Below, in pieces: positions 1-16,106 of a DNA stretch of 50,465 bases. Both the position numbers and the translations under genes were made by a program. The notes under the pieces are model-generated. The model was not told the origin of the DNA. It saw only the letters and a program-made list of their open reading frames with translations, and did no database searches. Each line of letters opens with the position of its first letter. Position 1 is the stretch's first letter. This DNA comes from an uncultured Nitrospinaceae bacterium. Its GTDB lineage: Bacteria; Nitrospinota; Nitrospinia; Nitrospinales; VA-1. The DNA lies in assembly GCA_964412825.1 (NCBI GenBank), contig CAYPQH010000001.1, positions 1 through 50,465 of the forward strand. Reading direction: 5' to 3'.

Positions 1-30
1 AAACTAAACCCAAAGTCTAGCTATACAAAT

Positions 31-160
31 CTCCCGTCGTTGCGAGGAGCGTTAGCGACGAAGCCGTTATATTATTCCCAAGCTCTCGTGCCCCGTAGGG
101 GTAAATCCAGAATCCCTGGATCGCCACGCCACATGGTGGCTCGCGATGACGTCTTTGGGT
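31..160. repeat. Cluster of short GC-rich stem-loops (REP-like intergenic hairpin modules)
   Basis: Consecutive small inverted repeats are read directly from the sequence: CGTCG-N16-CGACG (35-60), CCCC-GTA-GGGG (91-101), TCCAG-N5-CTGGA (106-120) and GCCAC-ATG-GTGGC (128-140). The module TGCCCCG(T/A)AGGGGTA recurs at about 45051-45066. ORF 40..237 merely reads through these hairpins. Confidence 0.55.
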
Positions 161-233
161 GGTTTAAGATAATTTCTGTGAAGATTATCCACGAAAGGGA
201 GAGGGATTTTTTTAATGGTTTCTCTCCGCTCTG

Positions 234-1625
234 CTAGCCCACCATGTTGTAGTTTCGCGCCCGGTAATCGACCCCGAACTCTTTTTGAACGATTTCTTCG
301 CAGGCAGATTCATCTACGTTTTGTTGATCAGTCACGATGGTCACCTGCACCTTTGGGATGTGCTTTTTTGCTTCTTCAATGAAGATTTTGATCTTGTCGT
401 AAATTCCGTTTCTGAAACCCGGCAGAGGGCGGCAGATTTCGTCATAGGCTTCGGAAGTGTCGGTGTTCAGGCTGACGGAGATTTCATCGATCAAGCCCTT
501 AAGCTCCGGCAGAATATTGCGTTTGTTGATGACGTTGCCGTGACCGTTGGTGTTGAGACGAACCTGTCCTCCAGCCTCTTTGATTTTTCTTGCCACTTCT
601 ATAATGACAGACAAACGCAGAGTGGGCTCACCGTAGCCGCAGAACACAACTTCGTCGTATTTGGTCGGATCATCGATCGCGTTCCAGACTTCGTCGGCTG
701 TTGGTTCGCGGTCGAGTTTGAGGTTGTACCCTTGCACGACGGGGCGGGTCAGGCGCGTGCAGAACACGCAATCGTCGGTGCATCGCGTCGTCAGGTTGAG
801 ATACAGCGAGTTGCGGATCTGATACGAAACCGTTCCTGTCGGCGCGTTTTTCCCGATTCCGAACAGTTCAAAAAAATTCAACTCTGACGTGCGTTGCACA
901 TCTTCAACCCGCAATCCGCGTATGTCTGCGATTAGCTCGGCGGTGTGGTTGACAAAAGCCGGTTCGTTGCGTTTTCCTCGTTTGGGAACGGGAGCGAGAT
1001 AAGGGCAATCGGTCTCCACAAACAGCCGGTCGGCGGGAACGGTTTTTGCCACGGCCCGGAGGTCATCGGATTTTTTGAACGTCACCGATCCGGAGAAGGA
1101 AATATAGAACCCCATTTCAAGGGCTTTGTCCGCAAGCCATTGATCGCCGGAGAAACAATGAAAGATGCCTGAACGGGCCTTGTCGTTGACGGGGTAAAAC
1201 TCGGATAAGATAGAGATCATATCTTCGTTGGCGTCCCGGCAATGCACGATGATGGGTTTGTCGAGTTCTTTGGCGAGTTCCAGTTGTTTTTTCAAATGTT
1301 CGCGTTGCAATTCCTGCGGCGAATAATTCTTGAAATAGTCGAGGCCAATTTCTCCCACCGCGACCATTTTGGGGTGCGCCAGCAGTTGTTTGAGGTCGGC
1401 ATAGGTGTCGCCGTTGATGGATTTTACATCGTGCGGGTGAATGCCCGCTGTGGCGTATATGAAATCGAACCGTTCCGCAAGCTCAAGCGACCGGGCACTG
1501 CTTTCCACATCGCATCCGATATTCAGAATATAGTCCACGCCATTTTGCCTGGCCCGTTCAATCACTTCATCGCGGTCGGCGTCGTATTGGTCCATGTCGA
1601 GGTGCGCGTGGGTGTCTATTATCAT
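234..1625 (-). CDS. TatD-family metal-dependent hydrolase fused to a C-terminal radical SAM domain
   Basis: The N-terminus MIIDTHAHLD...GEIGLDY...HCRDA...ETDCPYL carries TatD signatures. The C-terminal half has a CxxxCxxC motif (RCTDDCVFCTR, residues 282-289) plus GYGEPTL, which is typical of radical SAM enzymes. The start ATG overlaps the metG stop (ATGA at 1622-1625). Confidence 0.85.
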   Translation of the reverse strand: MIIDTHAHLDMDQYDADRDEVIERARQNGVDYILNIGCDVESSARSLELAERFDFIYATAGIHPHDVKSINGDTYADLKQLLAHPKMVAVGEIGLDYFKNYSPQELQREHLKKQLELAKELDKPIIVHCRDANEDMISILSEFYPVNDKARSGIFHCFSGDQWLADKALEMGFYISFSGSVTFKKSDDLRAVAKTVPADRLFVETDCPYLAPVPKRGKRNEPAFVNHTAELIADIRGLRVEDVQRTSELNFFELFGIGKNAPTGTVSYQIRNSLYLNLTTRCTDDCVFCTRLTRPVVQGYNLKLDREPTADEVWNAIDDPTKYDEVVFCGYGEPTLRLSVIIEVARKIKEAGGQVRLNTNGHGNVINKRNILPELKGLIDEISVSLNTDTSEAYDEICRPLPGFRNGIYDKIKIFIEEAKKHIPKVQVTIVTDQQNVDESACEEIVQKEFGVDYRARNYNMVG

Positions 1626-3580
1626 CGAACACGCACTCCTTCGGGAAGCTCGGTGTCGAACCCAGCCAGAATGATTTTTCCATCTGCCGACCCCGCAATG
1701 ACCATTCCCTGGGATTCAATGCCCATCAGTTTTACCGGTTTCAGGTTGGCGACCAGAACGATGGTCCGGCCAATCAACTGGTCAGGCTCATAGGCTTCGG
1801 CGATGCCCGCCAGAACCTGCCTGGTTTCATTGCCGATATCGACTTTCAGTTTGATCAGTTTTTTGGACTTTTTAACTTTCTCCGCTTCCAGAATTTTTCC
1901 GGTTCTGAGATCGATTTTCATGAAATCTTCAATGGTGATTTGTTCCGTTGAAATTTCATCTTTCTTTGCTGGAGCGGTTTTCGGTTTTTCAGAGTCCCCG
2001 GAAGTTTGTATGTCCGCAAGAATTTTTTCCGCTTCCTTGTCTTCTATTCTGGGGAACAGTTGCGCACCGGGTTGAATTTGACCACCGGATTTAAGCCCTC
2101 CCCATTTGGTGACCGATTCCATGCCCTGTTCTTCGATGGCAACGTCGATTCCCAATTGTCGGTTCATGGATTCCGCGCTTTCGGGCATGAAGGGATAAAT
2201 GAGAATGGCGATGGTCCTGAGAGATTCGGCGGAATTGTACATGACGGATTTCAGCCGTTCTTTGCCTTCGTCGGTTTTTGCCAGGTTCCATGGAGCAGTT
2301 TTGACGATGTATTGGTTGGTGGCATCCACCAATTCCCAGATTTCTGTCAGGATTTTATTGTAAGCAAGATCCTCGTATAACGTTCTTACATTGGCCACCG
2401 TTTGCGCAGCCTTACTGGTAAGACCGGTGTCTTCTTCTCCTCCGGTAGCCGGATCAGGTATCGTTCCCGCAAAATATTTCTGGATCATATTGGTCGTGCG
2501 GTTTAAGAGATTCCCCAGGTTGTTGGCCAGGTCGCTGTTGCGCCGACCGATGAGCGCCTTGTGGGAGAAATCGCCGTCCAGCCCGAAGGGAACTTCCCGC
2601 AAAAGGAAATAGCGAATGGTATCGACGCCGAACAGATCAATCAGGGAATTCGGTTCCACCACATTGAAAAGGGACTTGGACATTTTTTGCCCGTTCACCG
2701 TCCACCATCCATGCGCGAAAATATTTTTGGGCAAGGGAAGCCCCATCGACTTGAGCATGGTCGACCAATACACCGAGTGCGTGGTCAGAATGTCTTTTCC
2801 CACTAGATGATGATCGGCAGGCCAGAACCCTGAGGCTCGGATTTTATCCAACGTTCCGAAAGTGGAAATATAATTGATCAACGCGTCGAACCAGACGTAG
2901 GTGACATAGTCGTCGTCGAAGGGCAAAGGGATTCCCCAAGGCATGCGATCCTTGGGCCGGGAAATACAGAGGTCTTCTAGCGGCTTGCTCAAAAACCCCA
3001 GTACCTCGTTTTTTCGTGACGCCGGTTGAATGAATTTTTCATTTTTATTGATATGCTCGATCAGCCATTCCTGATACTGGCCCATTTTAAAGAAGTAATT
3101 GCTTTCGGTGATCTTCTCTACTTTGCGTCCGCATTCAGGGCAATTGCCATTGACCAGGTCTTTTTCCGTCCAGAATCTCTCATCAGGCATGCAATACCAG
3201 CCTTCATAACTGGCTTTATAAATTTCCCCTTTATCGAAAAGTTCTTTCAGGATATCGAGGACTATTGACTTGTGCCTCTCTTCTGTGGTGCGAATGAAAT
3301 CGTCGTTACAGATATTGAAGCGCACCCAAAGCTCCTTGAACCGGACATTGAGTTTGTCGACATGTTCCTGGGCCGTGACACCCAGATCCTTCGCCGCCTG
3401 ATGCACTTTTTGTCCGTGCTCGTCGGTACCGGTGAGGAAAAATACTTCGTAGCCTTCCAGTTTTTTGTAACGCGAAACCACATCGGCGGCGATGGTGGTG
3501 TAAGCATGACCGATGTGGGGGACGTCGTTGACGTAATAGATAGGGGTCGTGATGAAAAATTTTTTACCGTTTTTATGCAT
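1622..3580 (-). CDS. metG: Methionine--tRNA ligase with a C-terminal tRNA-binding (Trbp111/EMAP-like) domain
   Basis: The class I aaRS motifs are present: HIGH variant PHIGHAYT and KMSKS. A CPECG zinc knuckle is present. The C-terminal part (KLIKLKVDIG...GMESQGMV) is a tRNA-binding OB domain. Confidence 0.95.
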   Translation of the reverse strand: MHKNGKKFFITTPIYYVNDVPHIGHAYTTIAADVVSRYKKLEGYEVFFLTGTDEHGQKVHQAAKDLGVTAQEHVDKLNVRFKELWVRFNICNDDFIRTTEERHKSIVLDILKELFDKGEIYKASYEGWYCMPDERFWTEKDLVNGNCPECGRKVEKITESNYFFKMGQYQEWLIEHINKNEKFIQPASRKNEVLGFLSKPLEDLCISRPKDRMPWGIPLPFDDDYVTYVWFDALINYISTFGTLDKIRASGFWPADHHLVGKDILTTHSVYWSTMLKSMGLPLPKNIFAHGWWTVNGQKMSKSLFNVVEPNSLIDLFGVDTIRYFLLREVPFGLDGDFSHKALIGRRNSDLANNLGNLLNRTTNMIQKYFAGTIPDPATGGEEDTGLTSKAAQTVANVRTLYEDLAYNKILTEIWELVDATNQYIVKTAPWNLAKTDEGKERLKSVMYNSAESLRTIAILIYPFMPESAESMNRQLGIDVAIEEQGMESVTKWGGLKSGGQIQPGAQLFPRIEDKEAEKILADIQTSGDSEKPKTAPAKKDEISTEQITIEDFMKIDLRTGKILEAEKVKKSKKLIKLKVDIGNETRQVLAGIAEAYEPDQLIGRTIVLVANLKPVKLMGIESQGMVIAGSADGKIILAGFDTELPEGVRVR

Positions 3581-3645
3581 GGGTTCTTTTTTTCAGGATT
3601 GATTTTATAAAGGGCGACAGGGGTATGACATACCCATAAAGCAGT

Positions 3646-4515
3646 TTACTTTGATTTTTTGGGTTTCAAATATTCTTTCAGCTCGTTCAACGGATAGGTC
3701 ATCACGCTTTCATCGTCAAGCCGGACAACGATATTTTGTTCAAGAATTTCGTTTTTCAGCACTTTGCCCGGTCCGTCGGGTGTATCAATTCTGCTCCCTG
3801 GTTTTGGGAGACCCCGGATCAATTCTTTGTAATTTGCATGTTCATATTGAAGACAACACATCAGCCGTCCGCACACACCGGAAATTTTACTGGGGTTGAG
3901 GGCAAGGCCCTGGTCCTTGGCCATGCGAATCGTCACCGGAGAAAACTCATCGAGAAACGTCGAACAGCAAAGGGACTCTCCGCACACGCCATTTCCGCCG
4001 ATTGCACGGGCTTCATCGCGGACACCCACCTGCTTCATTTCAATCCGGTGATGTAAATTCGAGGCAAGTTCTTTGATCAACTGGCGAAAATCGACACGCC
4101 CTTCGGCGGTGAAAAAGAACACTGTCTTGTTCGCGGAGGGGAGGTGGACCACCCGACTTAGATTCATCGGCAGTTTCAATTCGGCAATTTTCCCTTTGCA
4201 CAGGCTTTTTGCCTGTTTTTCCAAAGTTTCACGTCTTTCCTGGGCTTGCAGGTCATTTTCATTAGCCGTCCTCAGGACTCTTGAGGGATTTGGCGACCCC
4301 TCCTTTGAAAAATTGATGACTTTATTGGAAGCGACAATGCCCAGTTCCTGATTGTTCCCCGATTCGATGATCACCGTCATTCCTACCTTTAATTTGAGCT
4401 GACCGGGATCAAAAAGTTCGGACTTTCCCTTGTCGCGGACGCGGATTCCAATGAGAAACCGGGAGGGCGTATTTTTTTGAGTGGAGGCTGAGGATTCCTG
4501 GGATGTTGGATTCAT
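3646..4515 (-). CDS. ricT: PSP1 domain protein (YaaT/RicT-like regulatory iron-sulfur protein)
   Basis: A Cys-rich PSP1 signature is present (CGESLCCSTFL ... GVCGRLMCCLQYE). The gene sits directly downstream of holB, as in the Bacillus holB-yaaT arrangement. Confidence 0.8.
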   Translation of the reverse strand: MNPTSQESSASTQKNTPSRFLIGIRVRDKGKSELFDPGQLKLKVGMTVIIESGNNQELGIVASNKVINFSKEGSPNPSRVLRTANENDLQAQERRETLEKQAKSLCKGKIAELKLPMNLSRVVHLPSANKTVFFFTAEGRVDFRQLIKELASNLHHRIEMKQVGVRDEARAIGGNGVCGESLCCSTFLDEFSPVTIRMAKDQGLALNPSKISGVCGRLMCCLQYEHANYKELIRGLPKPGSRIDTPDGPGKVLKNEILEQNIVVRLDDESVMTYPLNELKEYLKPKKSK

Positions 4516-4527
4516 TTTAATTTTATT

Positions 4528-5547
4528 TTAAGCTGCTTCACAAAATTGAATCAGCATGTGGTCGAGAGAAAGCTGGAGATTTGCGTTTGTCATCAACGCC
4601 GATTTAGTTTGGAGGGCGGAATCGAACATGGCGATCAGGGTTCCCGTCGATTTTTGCGCCGCCAGAGGTTTCAACCTGTCCAAGATGTCCCGGTTAAAAA
4701 TTTCGGTGTTTTTGCCCTGAGTTTTGATGACCGCAAGATCGCGCAAAATATTGAGCATTTCATCCAATACTGGTTGGATTTTGTCTGATCTTTTGGCCCA
4801 TTGCCGGGTCCATTTAAAGGCCACATCCATGCGTTTGAAAGACACCTGTTCCAGTAGATGTAATATTTCTTCCCGGCAATTATTAGTTGCCTCAATGTCT
4901 TCTTCTAAAGCCCGGCTGATTCGCCCCATAGACCTCAATGTGCGCAAATCCAATTCTTTCTCGGAAAAAGCGTCTGTTTCAGAGGGGACAGATTGTTGCA
5001 ATATCTGCCTCACCGCATCGGTGGACAAAAGGTGAAACTTAACGCCCTGGCAACGAGAGACAATCGTTGGTAATAATTGATACGGATTGGAGGAAATTAG
5101 AATGATGATGGTGGCTGAAGGCGGCTCCTCCAGAGTTTTCAGTAACGTATTGGCGGCTTGCAGGTTCATTGTTTCCGCGCCGTCAATTATTGCTACTTTT
5201 GTATTCGCTTCATAGGGCATATAAGCCAGTTTTTTTTGCAGTTCCCGAATCTCTTCCACCTTTATAAAAGCATTTCTCCCCGCAGGCGAACTTTTCTCCG
5301 GCTCCAGAAGAAAAAAATCCGGGTGCATTCCCTGATCGATTTTTCTGCAGGAAGGGCAAACGCCGCAATTATCCTTGGGGCCGGAAACCTCACAATTTAA
5401 AGCCTTGGCGAATTCCACCGCTGTGAGTTTTTTTCCGATGCTTTCCTGGCCGTAGAACAGGTAAGCGTGCGAGACGCTGTTATTTAGAAGCGCATTCTGG
5501 ATAATTCGTTTGGGCTGAACCTGGCCCAAAATCCGTTGGAATGACAT
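4528..5547 (-). CDS. holB: DNA polymerase III subunit delta-prime
   Basis: The N-terminus has HAYLFYGQESIGK (degenerate Walker A). A zinc module CGVCPSCRK and the motifs TLEEPP and SRC are present. These are characteristic of the delta-prime clamp-loader subunit. Confidence 0.85.
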   Translation of the reverse strand: MSFQRILGQVQPKRIIQNALLNNSVSHAYLFYGQESIGKKLTAVEFAKALNCEVSGPKDNCGVCPSCRKIDQGMHPDFFLLEPEKSSPAGRNAFIKVEEIRELQKKLAYMPYEANTKVAIIDGAETMNLQAANTLLKTLEEPPSATIIILISSNPYQLLPTIVSRCQGVKFHLLSTDAVRQILQQSVPSETDAFSEKELDLRTLRSMGRISRALEEDIEATNNCREEILHLLEQVSFKRMDVAFKWTRQWAKRSDKIQPVLDEMLNILRDLAVIKTQGKNTEIFNRDILDRLKPLAAQKSTGTLIAMFDSALQTKSALMTNANLQLSLDHMLIQFCEAA

Positions 5548-5904
5548 GGCCTAGTATATATTCGATCTCTTTCATTTCCTGTGAGGAGTGAAAAAGGAGG
5601 TTTCAAAGGTTGATAATCGGTTTAAAACCAGCAAGTGGGTTTTATTTCCCCGCCGACATCTTGGGGGTGGACTTCTAACCGGGATTTATCTTAATACAGC
5701 TCTATGGGAGTGTAAATGAAAAACCGCCCTTTATGGCAAGGGGTTGATAGGTTCGTAAAAGCATCAAAAATCCACGAAAAGTGAGTGTTGATATTGAAAT
5801 GAGGTGAAGAATCTGGTATTAATCACATGCGTTTTTGTTAAAATAGAGAAGTGAGCGTTTTTCCCTTATTTGACTGTACTTAAAACCGAACCACTGGAAA
5901 TCCC

Positions 5905-6231
5905 ATGGCTGTTGGCGAAAAGACAAAAAGAAACGTACAAAGAAAACGAAAGCCAAAAATTTTGGCAGTCATAAATGATTCCTGCACCGGTTGTAGCGGA
6001 GCGCCCATTTGCATCACCGAATGTCCCGTTGACAATTGCATGTACGAGGTAGAAAATCCGGACGCGCCTATTTTCAACCGGGTGTATGTCGATCCGCTTT
6101 TGTGCATTGGTTGCAAAAAATGCATTACCAAAGGACCTATGGACACATTGTTGGAGGGATGTCCCTGGGACGCGATCGATATGATTTCTCTTGAGGAGTT
6201 TGAGGAAGAAAATGGGACTCTGGCTTATTGA
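5905..6231 (+). CDS. Small 4Fe-4S dicluster ferredoxin-type protein with a Lys/Arg-rich N-terminus
   Basis: Two cluster motifs are present: CTGCSGAPICITECP and CIGCKKC...CPWDAI. Confidence 0.75.
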   Translation: MAVGEKTKRNVQRKRKPKILAVINDSCTGCSGAPICITECPVDNCMYEVENPDAPIFNRVYVDPLLCIGCKKCITKGPMDTLLEGCPWDAIDMISLEEFEEENGTLAY

Positions 6232-6300
6232 GCCGAGGGTTTTTTGACAATCAGCTTTTTTGTTTAGTTTCCGCAAAAATTCGGTAACAGGAAATTTTTT

Positions 6301-6330
6301 TTGGACAAATTATACAACTTATTGTAAGAT
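6301..6330 (+). promoter_or_regulatory. Candidate sigma-70 promoter of the atp operon
   Basis: TGGACA (6302-6307), a 17 nt spacer, then TAAGAT (6325-6330), about 45 nt upstream of the atpZ ATG. This is a pattern match only. Confidence 0.3.
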
Positions 6331-6374
6331 AGCCTCCTTTTTTCCTTATCAGGTCGTTTTCCCCAAAAAATTTA

Positions 6375-6668
6375 ATGAGTGAAAGCAACGACTTACGTCA
6401 GGGCTTGAACATAGCCTTCAGGTTGGGGACTGAAATGACGGTTGCTACATTGCTGGGCGCAGGTATGGGGCACGGGATCGATCATTACTTCGGGACCAAA
6501 CCCTGGGGCATTGTGGTCGGTGTGGTTTTAGGTGGAGCCGCCGGAATGCTGAACGTTTACCGTGCCGCGCAGGCGATGACCGAAGAGCTGAACTCGGCTG
6601 AAGAAAAAAATAAGCAGGATCAGGATCAAAATAATACATCATCGAAAGATCAGGACGGAAAAAGTTAA
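6375..6668 (+). CDS. atpZ: AtpZ/AtpI-family small membrane protein of the ATP synthase operon
   Basis: It has two predicted TM helices (MTVATLLGAGMG, WGIVVGVVLGGAAGML). It is the first gene of the atp operon, and its stop lies 2 nt before the atpB start. Confidence 0.7.
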   Translation: MSESNDLRQGLNIAFRLGTEMTVATLLGAGMGHGIDHYFGTKPWGIVVGVVLGGAAGMLNVYRAAQAMTEELNSAEEKNKQDQDQNNTSSKDQDGKS

Positions 6669-6670
6669 AT

Positions 6671-7402
6671 ATGGATAGCCCCTTACATCACTTTGAACTT
6701 CATCCCATCATTCAACTCAGTGTGATGGGGTTTGATATCTCGATCAACAAGGCGATCATTGCCATGTGGATAGGTTTGCTCCTGGTTTTTGGGTTGTTCA
6801 TGTTGGTTGCCGGCAAGGGTGGGCAATTGATCCCAGGAAAGTTGCAAAGCATTCTGGAAATTGCCATGGAGTTCATTCAGGGGATGGTCGATGAATTCAT
6901 CGGCAAAAAAGAGGGCAAAAAATACGTTCCCTTTATAGCCTCCCTGTTTTTCTTCATTTTGGCCTGTAATTTAATCGGTCTGGTTCCAGGGTCTTACACC
7001 ATAACCAGCCAGATTGCAGTTACCGGAGCTTTTGCGGTGGGAATCTTTTTCATGACGCTGGTGATCGGGTTCGCCAGGCATGGGGGGCATTTTCTGACCA
7101 TTCTGGTGCCTCCGGGGATTCCAAAGGTCATGATCCCCGTAATGATTCCAATTGAAATGATCAGCATGCTGGCACGTCCATTGTCATTGTCTGTCCGGTT
7201 GTTTGCCAATATGACTGCGGGGCATACGGTTTTAGCAGTACTTTTTGGTCTGGCGATGTCGGCTTCGGTTTGGATTGGGTGGATGCCGTTCGGGTTCACG
7301 ATCATCATCAACGGATTGGAAGTCGCTATCGCATTTATCCAGGCTTATATTTTTACGACCTTGACTTGTGTGTACATTGGCGACGTGATTAATTTACATT
7401 AA
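6671..7402 (+). CDS. atpB: F0F1 ATP synthase subunit a
   Basis: It is polytopic and has the conserved LSLSVRLFANMTAGH motif containing the essential Arg. Confidence 0.95.
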   Translation: MDSPLHHFELHPIIQLSVMGFDISINKAIIAMWIGLLLVFGLFMLVAGKGGQLIPGKLQSILEIAMEFIQGMVDEFIGKKEGKKYVPFIASLFFFILACNLIGLVPGSYTITSQIAVTGAFAVGIFFMTLVIGFARHGGHFLTILVPPGIPKVMIPVMIPIEMISMLARPLSLSVRLFANMTAGHTVLAVLFGLAMSASVWIGWMPFGFTIIINGLEVAIAFIQAYIFTTLTCVYIGDVINLH

Positions 7403-7426
7403 TATTGTGACAAAAGGAGAATTGGT

Positions 7427-7648
7427 ATGGGTGCAGAAGCAGCAGCATTTATTGGCATGGGATTATGCGCGGCGGGATTTTTCGGCGCAGCTTTGGGGAT
7501 TGCCTATATTTTTGCCAAGACCATAGAAACCGTGGGTCGACAGCCAAACGCTGAAGCGCGTGTTGCGAAATACTGCTGGATCGGGTTTGCCCTGGTTGAG
7601 GCGATCGCACTTTACGCCCTGGTCATCGCATTTATCATTATGCCCTAG
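7427..7648 (+). CDS. atpE: F0F1 ATP synthase subunit c
   Basis: It is a 73-aa hairpin proteolipid with a GRQP loop and the ion-binding Glu in FALVEAIALY. Confidence 0.95.
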   Translation: MGAEAAAFIGMGLCAAGFFGAALGIAYIFAKTIETVGRQPNAEARVAKYCWIGFALVEAIALYALVIAFIIMP

Positions 7649-7734
7649 GTAAATTTTTTTCAGGCGGCAGATCCGTTTGTTTGTAAAAGGTCGCCCCCTG
7701 TTCTAACACTTCCTTTTTTGTTGAAAGGGATACA

Positions 7735-8256
7735 ATGCCACAGTTTGAGCAATTCGAAGTCTTCGGCTCGCTTATTTTCTGGTCCTTGCTTTCTTTTGGA
7801 ATTTTCTTTTTTCTCCTTAAGAAGTTTGCTTTTCCGCCTATTCTAGAAGGTCTTGATGAGCGTGAGAAGAAAATTCGCGGAGATATAGAAAGCGCTGAAA
7901 AGTTAAATAAAGAAGCGATCTCCATGCGCGAGGATCTGGAGAAGGAGCTTAAGAGCGCCCACGAAAAAGCCAGTACCATCGTTCAGATGGCGACCAGCGA
8001 ATCAAAGAAAATTCAGGAAAAAGCGCTGGAGGAGACTCAAGCCAAAATCAAGCAAATGCAGAATGACATGGAGCGGGAAATTGAAGTGTCCCGTAATAAG
8101 CTGATGGGGGAAATTCGCAGTTTCACCGCAGCGTTGACCATCGCATCGACTGAAAAGTTTTTGAAAAAGACCATGGACGACTCAGATAGGAAAAGGCTGA
8201 CCGAGGAATCCATCGAAGAAGTTCTTAATGAATTGAAGCAGGGGCGGATGAATTGA
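7735..8256 (+). CDS. atpF: F0F1 ATP synthase subunit b
   Basis: It has a single N-terminal TM helix followed by a long charged coiled coil, and it sits at the expected operon position. Confidence 0.9.
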   Translation: MPQFEQFEVFGSLIFWSLLSFGIFFFLLKKFAFPPILEGLDEREKKIRGDIESAEKLNKEAISMREDLEKELKSAHEKASTIVQMATSESKKIQEKALEETQAKIKQMQNDMEREIEVSRNKLMGEIRSFTAALTIASTEKFLKKTMDDSDRKRLTEESIEEVLNELKQGRMN

Positions 8257-8309
8257 CGATTGCAGGGCCCAAGGCTCTGTAAACTAAAGGAACCGTTGAT
8301 AAAAAAATC

Positions 8310-8861
8310 ATGATAGAAAATTTGATAGGTAAACGATATGCGGAAGCGCTCGCTGGCAGTATCAATAAGGATTCTTTGCTGAATCCTGTATTGGAAAACC
8401 TGCAAGCCTTTGAAAGCGCATTGAATACTCAGGATCAGTTGGTTCGTTTCTTTTCGCAACCCTCTATTCCTCTGGAAAAGAAAAACAGTATGGTCAGGGA
8501 TTTATGCGACCTGCTCAAAGTGGAGCAGGTGGTTTGCAACCTGATGATTTTGCTTTCGGAGAGGAAAAAGATCCTTTTTCTTGAAAATATTGCGGAATAT
8601 TTTGAAAAGATCGTGGACCGAAGATTGAATCAAGTTCGGGTATCCGTTCGTTCGGCACAGGCGTTGAGTAACGCAAACATTGAAAAATTGCGATCAGGCT
8701 TGACCGGTATTCTGGGTAAAACGGTTTTGATCGATGTTCATGTCGATGAATCATTGATTGGCGGGATTCAGTTGAAAATCGGCGATCAGGTCGCAGATGC
8801 GACCATCAAAAACCGCCTGACCCTATTAAAACAAAAATTGGAAAAAGAGGAGGGTGCCTAA
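8310..8861 (+). CDS. atpH: F0F1 ATP synthase subunit delta (OSCP)
   Basis: It is 183 aa, starts RYAEAL and ends ...LIGGIQLKIGDQVADATIKNRL, as is typical of delta/OSCP. It is at the expected operon position. Confidence 0.9.
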   Translation: MIENLIGKRYAEALAGSINKDSLLNPVLENLQAFESALNTQDQLVRFFSQPSIPLEKKNSMVRDLCDLLKVEQVVCNLMILLSERKKILFLENIAEYFEKIVDRRLNQVRVSVRSAQALSNANIEKLRSGLTGILGKTVLIDVHVDESLIGGIQLKIGDQVADATIKNRLTLLKQKLEKEEGA

Positions 8862-10364
<1,503 letters not shown>

Positions 10365-10373
10365 ACACCAGCC

Positions 10374-12693
<2,320 letters not shown>

Positions 12694-12741
12694 AAGCTTC
12701 AAAAAATATCGAAACTTTTAATGGAATCGTAATAATTCTTT

Positions 12742-13137
12742 ATGGCTGAATATCTGCATTTGAGTCTGGTGACACCTGAAAAACAGGTGGTCAATGAAGA
12801 GGTCGAACAGGTCAATGTTCCCGGTTCTGAAGGGGATCTGGGGATCCTGTACGATCACGCGCCCATCATCACCAACCTGCGTCCCGGACCTTTGTCTTAC
12901 CAAAAGGGCGAGGTCACCACTCAGCTCATCGTGAGTGGAGGGTATCTGGAAGTGACCGACAACCGGGTGATCATTTTGGCGGAGACTGCGGAGTTTCTCC
13001 AGGAAGTGGACCGCGACCGTGCTGAAAAAGCCAAGTCCAAAGCCGAAGCCATTCTCCTCAAGACAGGCATCAGCGAGGAGGAGTTCAAGGACGCTCAGGA
13101 CGACCTGTTTCGCGCCATCGCCCGTTTAGAAGAGTAA
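12742..13137 (+). CDS. atpC: F0F1 ATP synthase subunit epsilon
   Basis: It is 131 aa, with a beta-sandwich N-terminus and a helical C-terminus. It is the last gene of the operon. Confidence 0.9.
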   Translation: MAEYLHLSLVTPEKQVVNEEVEQVNVPGSEGDLGILYDHAPIITNLRPGPLSYQKGEVTTQLIVSGGYLEVTDNRVIILAETAEFLQEVDRDRAEKAKSKAEAILLKTGISEEEFKDAQDDLFRAIARLEE

Positions 13138-13196
13138 CAAAAATAACATTCATTCCCCATCGAATTAATTTTTCGCCGCTGGCTGTGGCAAAATAA

Positions 13197-16031
<2,835 letters not shown>

Positions 16032-16106
16032 GGTAATGCGTTAACTTTGGTTAATGATTTTTTAATTTGCTTAGAAAATAGGATTTAATGGGAGGTGTCA
16101 CTATGG

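Noticed and set aside
40-237. A 65-aa plus-strand ORF at the window start
   Set aside because: It is composed almost entirely of the intergenic hairpin repeat modules, has no RBS, and lies in the 3' flank of the TatD gene. It is a read-through artefact.
7170-7184. TGGCAC-GTCCA-TTGT, a near sigma-54 -24/-12 match
   Set aside because: It lies inside the atpB coding sequence, the -12 element is TTGT rather than TTGC, and no downstream gene start fits. It is probably a chance match.
7427-7648. Whether the c-subunit indicates a Na+-translocating or N-type ATPase
   Set aside because: The ion-binding Glu is followed by Ala (VEAIA) rather than Ser/Thr. The operon order is the standard F-type I-B-E-F-H-A-G-D-C order, not the N-ATPase order.
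13138-13196. Bidirectional terminator between the convergent atpC and uvrA genes
   Set aside because: Only an AT-rich imperfect inverted repeat (AATTAATTTT ... AAAATAATTAATT) around a GC-rich loop is present. There is no convincing GC stem plus U-tract.
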